A DNA stretch of 34,910 nt, taken from positions 1-34,910 of the IMG/VR virus record IMGVR_UViG_3300032327_000819, one strand, 5' to 3'. The stretch is from a virus. Its lineage: Duplodnaviria > Caudoviricetes. How positions within the stretch are numbered: position 1 is the stretch's first letter; every line of letters starts with the position of its first letter. Below, one piece after another: positions 29,301-34,910 of the stretch. The notes below the pieces were generated by a model. It saw only the letters and a list, made by a program, of their open reading frames with translations. It ran no database searches and had not been told where the DNA came from. Made by a program: the position numbers and the translations under genes.

Positions 29301-29934
29301 AGCACCAAACTACTATCCAACACATACATATACAGGAATCGATCCATTCTACACTGCAACATTTACATTTGATGATAGAACAAAACCTGATATTTTAGAC
29401 ATAAGTCTTTCTACAAACGTTGTTGAAGTTAATAATTTAGGATATTTACCAAGTTTGAAATTGTTTAATGGACTTTCTAATTTACAACTATCTAACGTTG
29501 ATACACTCACTTCTTATAATTTAAGAGGATTTTATACTGACTCATCTCAAATAACATCTGTTGATTTTAGTAACAATCCACAAATGGATACAATAATATT
29601 AAATAATTCAACAATCTCAACAATAGATATTACTAATTTAGTGTATTTAGCTGAGCTCCAATTAGATGCAATATCATCTCTTTCATCTGTTCCAAGTTTT
29701 GCAGGCACAAATATAGAAAGACTTACTATGCTTGGATCAAATCTTAGTTCAGCAGATGTAAACAATATATTATTTGAAATAGATGTAAACAACACACCTA
29801 TCAATCCGTCTCTTGGAAACTATGTTCTTTTATCATTACAGTCTCCACCAGCACCACCAACAGTTGGTCCTCCAGATGGAATAACGGCTAAAAATAATTT
29901 ATTAACAAAAGGTTGGTCAGTAGGAACAGATTAA
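20371..29934 (+). CDS. Giant muzzle/tail-stabilisation protein (N-terminal ~1500 aa) fused to a ~1700-aa multi-domain adhesin-like extension
   Basis: Core motifs GMNMD, NEPGN, VYWTDGINPRR, GTYQFAIQY, GYLRDEVYAFEIVF, IRHHKFPD, FGGDTFI and WTLSF...WVSFHSY. These are followed by T/S tracts, Cys-rich repeats, and PKD-like, propeller-like, CBM-like and LRR segments. Confidence 0.75.
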   Translation: MAGDVTTNQSNITVEQNAGRTGMNMDQSVTQIAKGTLSYALNAALENYDANSVNYQNEPGNEFCLNFPSGYVLIGEHFINEQGKHIFFLVNPSTGSSEIGYMDNNDCVYRTYINADCLNFNIDNPIHKAVHKITSCTTEVYWTDGINPRRFLDLTNLPYKTTPGTDVCDNQTIPEVDCNKINIQPNFSIPQLEVVRIETGGSLIAGTYQFAIQYCDSAGGAFTSYYSVTNPTPIANTQITTPNFNYEVGKSIILNIKNIDVTGYYEYFNLAVIKTVNAISSVELVGTYFIDRSEKEITYTGQNQTQIRLALDDVLEKFPTYEIAQDLTAAQDVLIWDNLTSVDRINYQQIANRITLLWETWRIPSDENYSNEENATNLRGYLRDEVYAFEIVFLLRNGKQTDGFHIPGRMRNANDSLPDVSEFSSDFVGAPSYYQGGVGYSPYWKIYNTGSVIGDSEGKSYATDYKGPWEYGQFAYWESTELYPCNENVWGELANQPIRHHKFPDVRVSPIFENPTITYSATGRILPVMMDDAVFPIGVRVNTSDITQIIFQSNLTQEQKENIVGYKIVRGDRSTNRSIVAKGMLRNVGKYTREETEYYYPNYPYNDIKADPFIQKDSNAFYEGCEAYRIDATSDGEIEYTNCITGDVSTEKIFGGNSLEICSLSMPKLLGTATASFVGLANYTIYEIVNRNFSSGGSYTFTDPRTPDQTSLLFIRAYGTPGNYTYPEYRCPTAIPFQDKACNIKSITKPQPLNGPNMIVRETGVSTSSKICNSSITNPLEGFDEDAKYRYVFNSPETSFGQPFLGNILKLESVMFGGGKAHFVEVKDNANYKLVTKEAQEDALQAAVNVGSITGTGTDFNASAMFAAYQAYLTIYVNGITRKNYAKSFNSIASYDYAFNIDNGIGIKQRPLDLKSYLIPGVQSVGETNNIPVNNWQRESSVYLRTDVNKPPLPYAEDTPSLIFGGAKSISDDSRFVASDKPDGCQTPEKQQDISVVSYYGSMKNAFVNQWGQIYSYDTIDTGFQRQIIFSTTTIPASQSNTVFGGDTFITRFAYKTKLPFFIDNRVGAPDDSDIFYDEIGNIAYPRYWHSARSVLSNGQNIPTNPSILPNFISYKAHNFDCPNNQEPFNNNPNRTYYNGYFYLFAYGVPNFYCETSYNVDLRQAFNNKEGDFWPHVSTSIPDDWLQESFVTIAQDNTYYYNTTFSKQNKENYFSHLPVDWEESLCNTYFPFRAIYSDVQSTYSNDATNNWLIYRPVSFYDFPQNYGNLTSLDGIQNKSILARFENKTLLYNSLLTIDTSNPKAAYIGNDKLFAGSPPIDFAETDLGYVGSQNKMLLKIPQGQITADAKRGQIFLLAGDGVKDLSAFGSGMNRFFTDHLAFEILRYFPDVNTDNHFNGVGLHGVYDSKYDRVIISKLDYIPLSSNVKYDATTNDFYVEENLGGNIIRSVVYLTDSEYFCNKSWTLSFNMNTNSWVSFHSYIPNFYIAENNFFYSGLNESCDLEAIAAEEIPYTTSTTTSSSTSTTTSTSTTANPYNCELVAGPISLYNCTIVPGSALRPATTTTTTSSTTSTTTTICPTCSTYYVVNNTNGESLINWTSCLGTTEQITFAPFQAVHLCSCSEPAPVPGFLIELTVSGDCITCFCYTFTNTTATAQTIIWADCDGFSLSATVEAGRQYCVCAIEGSCSAPAGVTIVGGTAPCSLNNECGIPLIPASVTETLIADCPDRIYEFAVPELPIGAASVSWVVAPGMLIISQTELTITVAAPYDGTVGAILVYGVNDCGPGGSFSYSFSIPSCPTTTTTSTTQSPDCYCWTAVSNEAYTIFWTNCSGVAESHTMAEQIYQFCALDGTPVTHSSGTLPISITGGADLCIANVCPATTTTTTTIIVDLCAPLFTNTTDVFSYDVTTNVSRTLVVPTFPTIANTVNNLAHTANKLWTIANDINTGIPVIYEWDITLSPFTAVLNRTVNLPVGFTNAPGLIAISDTLLTAIDTSRVPSKVVELDVTGATAVMTDLFDFPIDRTLVGDFVLTTTNKLILNTTDGLAIPNYYICQIDYTTGNVELNLNILSSVGQFISGIYEESSNVYLVTNVLPGYIYRIDTSVPYNLTLAQTSGQIFTSSSQVLSCNTEQFITTTTTSSTSTSTTTTTSSTSTTTTTTTINYTKCAECGPTLNDVTNDAIGLLSVGNMTTGLDVDCTLGNYAIDWYLDSTSNPIQFTSGNATNTDPIIQQFHPFTGNSALPSVGGTWIPVIRYVFLGGIKYTPTPTPGALLATDLAQCLLPVTVQNPNCDNGNNTNTSLSQYSHSFSYRNSKQSAAFANKTLSFILNSDGSTKYFPWYFAGYTVSDRITFTYVSPINNTAVVLQDFAVGGNVGSSNFNLVPKRVSDTFYKGLINLTGITYALGDYILINVASNFIQAQTTNTDWDLYFKCLPTFDPTWRVAEMDLCAPTLVYNSGTCQYKSTYSFINYDDNTTSDIVKYLATKIANGAATYPSTSSPTSISNISFGVDSCSYGGVNSFQYNVSCIPAAGNINITKAAGANYTVVYDVQSDYNKFKTDYTNAYNFLNDGSYVNDPSNINYYRFLQFNYTKQANDNCGDTVIAYRTTVIHFATLVFFNDLTRTVTFTATTVDIAQFYATLGPCPGTGNTACNSLALAAASNSSASGSTFVLTTATDTVYSVFGARYEKTFVSNTSVQSYAGYVYYEPFYPSLMVPLNNNWNLYTQNINVRKSQYFDFYNTTTITNLASPSDNFIIESILSAGGVAASANNHLIYEQVGGTIFLPDTCVSTTTTTNPYAACLNVNPNFDTSLAGWEVSNWAWSPNYGGTAVMIGPDDLNYIRQNILTIGQTYRITFDYYFSGNGNNGNTFNIETFAGTTSSGQLLNTNGVHFADVTLTCTGSTYFTIGGYSNAGIADPTVLFVDNVCIVETAPPPPLTIRIQTSIDTTVTYSFANSYPPVSNFEMYVDWGDGSPIETFTGAPNYYPTHTYTGIDPFYTATFTFDDRTKPDILDISLSTNVVEVNNLGYLPSLKLFNGLSNLQLSNVDTLTSYNLRGFYTDSSQITSVDFSNNPQMDTIILNNSTISTIDITNLVYLAELQLDAISSLSSVPSFAGTNIERLTMLGSNLSSADVNNILFEIDVNNTPINPSLGNYVLLSLQSPPAPPTVGPPDGITAKNNLLTKGWSVGTD

Positions 29935-29944
29935 TTTTAAAAAT

Positions 29945-30826
29945 ATGACAAGGACAATACTAGTAAAATTAACAAAAGCAGGGGGTAGAACAGGACCATT
30001 TGAAATAATAGATGATCTTGGAAATGTTCTTGGAACAAACATTCTAAAGAGCAGACTTGTTCAAGGGATTGTATATATTATAGATCCTTCTGTAAGGAAT
30101 ATAACATTGAGGTCTCTTGGAGGATGTGTTGGAAAATGTGTAAATGAGATAGTTATTCCCATTACAACAGTGACATATGTTGATATTGCAAACCTAACGT
30201 TTTCCCCTTTTAACACAGCCTCTCTCTGGAGACATCTAACCAATCCTGTTATTTATAATTATTACTACAACACCATAGAGCCATACATAATTGAATATCC
30301 TTTTGTATATTCGTATCAGGATGAAATCTTGCAAAACATAAAAGATTACACAAAAGCTTATAAATATCTTCCATCTGCAGATGGTGTATGGAATGATAAT
30401 AATAAGGTGGAGACAGATGGTGTTTGGTTTAATAAAGCCATTTTATACAATGGACAACAAAGTTCTGGTGTGTTAGAACTTGTTCCAAAACCAAACAACA
30501 ACCTCAATGAATACATGAAATATCCTATATATAATGTTGATAGTAAGACTATTACATTTACAAAGAGCGATAATTTCTATCAATACAACACATTCTGGTC
30601 TTTAGTTAAAAACAAATCAGTTCCTTTATTTATAACAGATTGTTGTAGTACAATGTCCCTGGACAAGTTGATAAACCAACCAAACATGGACTATTCAAAA
30701 AGATCATATAAAAAGGAACCATTAAGAGCAAAAGATTTGAAAGTAAGACACATTCTTGACAATCGTTCAGATGCTCACTTAGTGAGCCAATTTATTACTT
30801 CAGGAGCAATGATTTCATATAAATAA
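29945..30826 (+). CDS. Probable C-terminal part of the muzzle protein, with an extra N-terminal small beta domain
   Basis: SLWRH...YNYYY....PYIIEY...FNKAILYNGQQSSG.LEL...LRAK resembles the C-terminal segment that normally follows WVSFHSY in crAss-like muzzle proteins. Confidence 0.6.
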   Translation: MTRTILVKLTKAGGRTGPFEIIDDLGNVLGTNILKSRLVQGIVYIIDPSVRNITLRSLGGCVGKCVNEIVIPITTVTYVDIANLTFSPFNTASLWRHLTNPVIYNYYYNTIEPYIIEYPFVYSYQDEILQNIKDYTKAYKYLPSADGVWNDNNKVETDGVWFNKAILYNGQQSSGVLELVPKPNNNLNEYMKYPIYNVDSKTITFTKSDNFYQYNTFWSLVKNKSVPLFITDCCSTMSLDKLINQPNMDYSKRSYKKEPLRAKDLKVRHILDNRSDAHLVSQFITSGAMISYK

Positions 30827-30827
30827 C

Positions 30828-31532
30828 ATGAGATACTATTTATACAGACATATTAGATTAGATAAGAATGAACCATTCTATATAGGAATTGGTACAAAAC
30901 AAAAACGTAACCATAATAGTTTTAAATCAGAATATAGAAGAGCATATGAGACAAATAGAAAAGAATCTTATATATGGAATAGTATTATAAATAAAACAGA
31001 ATATGAAGTTGAAATTCTTTTTGAATCTAATAATTATGAGTTTATTAAAGAAAAGGAAAAAGAGTTTATATCTTTATATGGTAGAATAAATACTAATACT
31101 GGCACATTAGCTAATATGACAAATGGTGGAGATGGTTTCATTGGTTATATTTTAAGTAAGGAGAATATTGAGAATCGTAGAAAAAGAATGATTGGTAAAA
31201 AGCAATGTGTTTCTCAAATACAAAAAAGAAATAAATCGAGAAAAGGATATGTACATAGTGAAGAAACAAAACTTAAAATGTCTAATTCACATAAAGGAAA
31301 AAAGACAGATAAAGAACATTTACTAAAATTACAAAAAGGACAAATTTTAGCAAATTCTAAACCTATTCTACAATATGATTTAGAAGGAAACTTTATCAAA
31401 AAGTGGCAAAGTGCAACAGTAGCAGCAAAAAAAATAAATTTACATCCTACATCAATTAGACACTGTGTTCAAGGTAAAACTAAAACATCAGGTGGATACA
31501 TTTGGAAATCATCTCAAATCTCTTATAAATAA
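30828..31532 (+). mobile_element. Free-standing homing endonuclease (GIY-YIG-like N-domain plus NUMOD3 and NUMOD1 DNA-binding motifs)
   Basis: YYLYRHIRLDKNEPFYIGIG...R.A...E...I..YG...L.N.T.GGDG, then HSEETKLKMSNSHKGKK, then SKPILQYDLEGNFIKKWQSA..AA...I..C..GK.KTSGGYIWK. It is more AT-rich than its neighbours. Confidence 0.85.
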
Positions 31533-31533
31533 T

Positions 31534-34164
31534 ATGAAAGGTTGGTTAGATAACTATGGCGAAGAAGCAAATGCTAATGAAGGACATTCTTCTGCTCCTA
31601 AGGAATGGAGAGGAGAAGGATATAGTAATGTAGGTAGAAACTATTCTCCTGCATGGGGTGGACAGTTTGAAGAAGGAGGTTCTTTAAGTGATTCTGGGCC
31701 AGGAGATAATATATTTGCAAATAGTGCAAATAAAGGAAAAAGTTTTAATGAGCAGTGGATGAATTCACCTATGTATAAGCAAATGCTTGAAAATTCTATG
31801 GGTGTAAATAAAAATCCATTTGTATTTAATCAAAATAGAACAGATGCTGATATTTTAAATAGAAGTAGACAACATCAATTAAAAAATTCACAATGGGGAG
31901 TTGGAGAAAAGCATCCAAATAATTCAGAAGGAACAGCTGCCGAAGCTTATTCATGGTATCCATGGAATGCTCCCATGGCAGGAAGACCTGTTAACCCTAT
32001 GAGTACTAAATCAAAATATCCTGATACTATACCATATGTTAACTTTGTAAAAGGTAAAGCAGGACAAGGAGGAGATGATTTAGATAGTGATGCTGTTCAT
32101 GAGTTTAGTCATATATCAGATGCAAGTGGTCAACTTATGCCTAAGTCTGATTTAGATTTAATGGCTAAATATTCAGATAATTCTGCAAAATATGCAGAAT
32201 TAGAAAAAAAATATGGAAAAAATTTTGCAGATCATGAAAGAGCTGCTGATAGTGAATGGCACAACTATATTAAAGATCCTACAGAGACTAGGGCTCGTTT
32301 AAATGATTTTAGAATGAGAGCAAAAGAACAAGGAGTGTATGATCCATTCACTCAGGCTTTTGATTCTAAGTATTTTAAAAACTATAAACCTATTTCAAAA
32401 GATAAAGATGGTTCATACTTTGATCCACTTTATCAATTAAGAGATGTTTACACAGATCAAGAAATTTCTGATATGTTAAACAAAATATCTAAATCTAATA
32501 GTAATCAAACACAAACAACAGCTAAATATGGTGGAGAACTTCCACAAGCTCAGAAAGGTAAAACTCTTCCTCCTATATATACAGATGATCCTAATGATCC
32601 TAGACTTAGGGCTTATGGAGATACCACTAGAGCTAATGAAAGTACACAAATTTTATTAAATGCTTTAAAAGAATACAATAAAAATCCTACTGATAAAAAT
32701 AGAAAAGCATATTGGAAAGCACAAGATCAAAATTATGCTCCAGTAATTGGTGTTAATCGAAACAGTAGTATTCCAAATCAAGGTAAAGTAAGATATATTA
32801 ACCCAACTTCAATTCCATGGACAAGTCAAAATGCACCTGATGGGGACCCTGATTATTATATGGTTTATCCAAAAGCAGTACAACCAGTAATATACCAAGA
32901 ACCTACATTAAAAAGGAAACCTGTAGCTGTACAACCCATAACTGCTAATACACAAAACTTTACACCACAACTTAGAACAATAGAACAACCAAACGTAGAA
33001 CTACCTGCTGTACAAAGAGGAAAATATAGAACAAGCTATTATGATCCTGAGATGAAAGATTGGAATGAGAGAGCTTTTATGTCTCAACAAGAGAGTGATC
33101 AGTTTGCTAATGAAATGTCACAAAGAGGTTATCCTGGTTCTTATGGTAATGTTACACAGAGAACACAATATCAATTAGGTGGCAATGTCTATCCAGTTAA
33201 TTATGTTCCTCAGGCACAGAATGGAAGATTAGAACAACTTGGACCTGATGCTTATACAGCAATGCAACCTTTTTATGAAACATTATTTGAGGCTGGTAAT
33301 AAATATGCCAATCCAAAAACTGGACTTACAAGTCCTTTTAATAGTTTAAGAGCAACTATGAAAGGGTTGATAAAACATCCAGAAGTTATGTTTATGAAAA
33401 GACATAAACTTCCTATTGAATTAATTGATATGGATGCAGATAAAAATCCATATCATGTACAAGGATATTATACACCTACTCCAACAGGAAGACAATCATG
33501 GCAACCAACAGATTGGGCAGAACCTAGAAAAGAACATCATGGATTAGGGGATTGGATAGAAAGAATGAAAATACAACATCAAGAGAATAAAGCTGAAAGA
33601 CAGGGTAGAAGAAACAGAGGTGGTACAGGATGTTGGGGAGCTAATTGTTATGAGAGCGAAACACCAATTGCTGCTATGGGAGCCTCTATCCCTGGTTCTG
33701 TAGGATTCACATACGCACGTACAGCAGGATCTGCTCCTTCCAATGGTCCATATGCTAAGAAGACAAAAGCTAGTGCAGAGAATGGAACAGAAATGTCCTA
33801 CTACCAAAATGGCTTAGATTGGAAACCAAAGAGTATTAGTAGAGATGGTTCTATTATAAAAGATGACATGGGATATTGGAATCCTGATAACTGGGGAAAG
33901 ACAGTGGAAATAGATTCTCCAGATATAACAATGGAAGATGTGTATGAACCATTGATAGGAGAATCAAAACAAACAGGAGAAAAGAAACTTATGCTTCCTG
34001 GGAAAAACTATAAATTTGCTAATACAAAACAAGTAATAGAGCGTCCTATTGCTAAAAGTGGAATAAGACAAGAACAAAAAGGATTGCAAAATCTTGAAGA
34101 CTTAACTAATTTTACAAATTACAACAAACCAACCAAAGGTGGATGGTTAAATAAATACAATTGA
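31534..34164 (+). CDS. Putative internal cargo/ejection protein with zincin-like HExxH domain (876 aa)
   Basis: ATG at 31534 is 1 nt after the HEG stop and is preferred over GTG at 31465. AVHEFSHISD is followed by DPTETRARL. The protein is hydrophilic with repeated AxxG motifs and lies after the muzzle gene. Confidence 0.6.
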   Translation: MKGWLDNYGEEANANEGHSSAPKEWRGEGYSNVGRNYSPAWGGQFEEGGSLSDSGPGDNIFANSANKGKSFNEQWMNSPMYKQMLENSMGVNKNPFVFNQNRTDADILNRSRQHQLKNSQWGVGEKHPNNSEGTAAEAYSWYPWNAPMAGRPVNPMSTKSKYPDTIPYVNFVKGKAGQGGDDLDSDAVHEFSHISDASGQLMPKSDLDLMAKYSDNSAKYAELEKKYGKNFADHERAADSEWHNYIKDPTETRARLNDFRMRAKEQGVYDPFTQAFDSKYFKNYKPISKDKDGSYFDPLYQLRDVYTDQEISDMLNKISKSNSNQTQTTAKYGGELPQAQKGKTLPPIYTDDPNDPRLRAYGDTTRANESTQILLNALKEYNKNPTDKNRKAYWKAQDQNYAPVIGVNRNSSIPNQGKVRYINPTSIPWTSQNAPDGDPDYYMVYPKAVQPVIYQEPTLKRKPVAVQPITANTQNFTPQLRTIEQPNVELPAVQRGKYRTSYYDPEMKDWNERAFMSQQESDQFANEMSQRGYPGSYGNVTQRTQYQLGGNVYPVNYVPQAQNGRLEQLGPDAYTAMQPFYETLFEAGNKYANPKTGLTSPFNSLRATMKGLIKHPEVMFMKRHKLPIELIDMDADKNPYHVQGYYTPTPTGRQSWQPTDWAEPRKEHHGLGDWIERMKIQHQENKAERQGRRNRGGTGCWGANCYESETPIAAMGASIPGSVGFTYARTAGSAPSNGPYAKKTKASAENGTEMSYYQNGLDWKPKSISRDGSIIKDDMGYWNPDNWGKTVEIDSPDITMEDVYEPLIGESKQTGEKKLMLPGKNYKFANTKQVIERPIAKSGIRQEQKGLQNLEDLTNFTNYNKPTKGGWLNKYN

Positions 34165-34165
34165 T

Positions 34166-34910
34166 ATGAAAGCAGAAATCTTAAAAATTGCTGGTGTTAA
34201 ATCTGAAAAAGAGTTTTATAAGAAATTCCCTTCAGAGAAAGCATTTATGAAAGTGCATGGTAAAGAGTTTAAAAAAGCTAAACTCAAAACTGCTATGATT
34301 CGTAAAGCTGAATCTGGCATGGGAATAGGTTCTTATACAGGAAGTGAAAAAACACAAAGATTTGCACCAATCAGTTATAACGAATTATATAATGAACAAG
34401 ATTATACAACTACAGGAAGCACACAACAAATGCGTGATGAAAAAGCCTATAGAGAGAGAATGGCAAACAGTCAAGCAAACGATGGTGGTGATGGTGGTGG
34501 TTTTGACATGAAGCAATTACAAGGACTTTTTGGTGGTAAGGGTAAAGGTAAAACCACTGAGGTTGCTGCAGACACTTTTACTGGTGGTGGTAGTGAAGCA
34601 GGAGCTCTAACTGATTTAGCTTCAAGCTTTGCTAAGAATGGTAAAAAAATTAAAACAGCTCAAGGTGGAGAAAGTGTTTCAGGATATCCTGTTATGGTTG
34701 GTCCACCAACACCAGAGCAATATTGGAATAGTCAATATGGTTCACCAAATTCAAATATGGTGGGACCTATAGATCCAAACTATTCAGAGAAACAATATGG
34801 TGCTCCAGGTACACAAATGGTTGGACCTCCTACACAGAATCAATACAACATGTTAAATTCTTCAGATGATACGTACACAGCAGCTCAAAAAGAAAAGAGG
34901 AGAACAAAAA
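34166..34910 (+). CDS. 3'-truncated putative cargo/ejection protein (not in the ORF track)
   Basis: MKAEILKIAGVKSEKEFYKKFPSEKAFMKVHGKEFKKAK... is open to the window end. It is Gly-rich with KAESG, FAKNG and TAQGG motifs. Confidence 0.75.
   Translation, partial: MKAEILKIAGVKSEKEFYKKFPSEKAFMKVHGKEFKKAKLKTAMIRKAESGMGIGSYTGSEKTQRFAPISYNELYNEQDYTTTGSTQQMRDEKAYRERMANSQANDGGDGGGFDMKQLQGLFGGKGKGKTTEVAADTFTGGGSEAGALTDLASSFAKNGKKIKTAQGGESVSGYPVMVGPPTPEQYWNSQYGSPNSNMVGPIDPNYSEKQYGAPGTQMVGPPTQNQYNMLNSSDDTYTAAQKEKRRTK
34694..34846 (+). repeat. Three degenerate ~20-aa coding repeats (MVGP...QY)
   Basis: MVGPPTPEQYWNSQYGSPNSN / MVGPIDPNYSEKQYGAPGTQ / MVGPPTQNQY, starting at 34694, 34757 and 34817. Confidence 0.7.

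Larger units (their letters stand above)
1..34910 (+). mobile_element. Structural/packaging module of a crAss-like (Crassvirales-type) dsDNA podovirus
   Basis: Co-directional TerL-portal-scaffold-MCP-ring-auxiliary capsid-IHF-tail tubular-muzzle-cargo order with two IHF-like genes, typical of crAss-like phages. No host housekeeping genes and no integrase are visible. Confidence 0.9.

Noticed and set aside
14195-29934. Diversity-generating retroelement or invertible fibre cassette
   Set aside because: No reverse transcriptase or recombinase is in the window, and I saw no near-identical TR/VR pair differing at adenines and no inverted cassette. A dot-plot against the full genome would be needed to exclude a remote template.
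24857-30220. Self-splicing intron or intein explaining the muzzle interruption
   Set aside because: The insert is continuous coding sequence of adhesin-like domains ending in its own stop. I saw no intein C/S...HN termini or intron core motifs, and the downstream part has its own start and extra N-domain.
31465-31533. Longer N-terminal starts given by the ORF track (31465; likewise 652, 15271, 18229)
   Set aside because: They create needless overlaps. Downstream ATGs at 31534, 15316 and 18253 sit just after the upstream stops, and 658 is an ATG with an A-rich context.
133-33807. All minus-strand ORFs in the track (e.g. 2398..2868, 3835..4326, 26079..26489) and nested alternate-frame plus-strand ORFs (e.g. 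4673..4903, 7468..7662)
   Set aside because: They are shadows of well-supported + strand genes, with biased composition, no recognisable motifs and no independent signals.
1-34910. Stop-codon reassignment (TAG or TGA recoding), known in some crAss-like phages
   Set aside because: Genes tile the window with long uninterrupted ORFs in the standard code. TGA stops occur in ATGA couplings, TAG ends the SPFH gene at a sensible point, and the muzzle split is at TAA with a frame change.

Overview
The whole window is the virion-morphogenesis (late) region of a crAss-like (Crassvirales-type) podovirus. The host is probably a Bacteroidota member, since the leaders are A-rich without Shine-Dalgarno sequences and there are TTTG-N19/20-TAnnTTTA promoter-like sites. 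All credible genes lie on the + strand, use the standard genetic code and are tightly coupled. Gene order: partial HTH gene, HU/IHF-like protein, Zn-binding protein, small ORFs, putative TerS, TerL, portal, SPFH protein, scaffold-like protein, major capsid protein, conserved head/neck genes, auxiliary capsid and tail-hub-like proteins, fibre/decoration proteins, metallophosphoesterase, ring protein, second IHF-like protein, tail tubular protein, a 3187-aa muzzle/tail-stabilisation protein, its apparent C-terminal part as a separate gene, a GIY-YIG-like NUMOD homing endonuclease, and two cargo-like proteins. Four things stand out. (1) At least four small modules are shuffled among five surface-protein genes and joined by mucin-like Thr/Ser linkers. 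(2) The muzzle appears split and carries a ~1700-aa adhesin-like arm. (3) The cargo-like proteins are built of cassettes bounded by recurring A/Y/F-x-x-G(G) motifs, and one cassette is a zincin-like domain. (4) The homing endonuclease insertion duplicated the ISYK-stop-ATG junction. Family assignments come from motif recognition and synteny only; no database searches were run.
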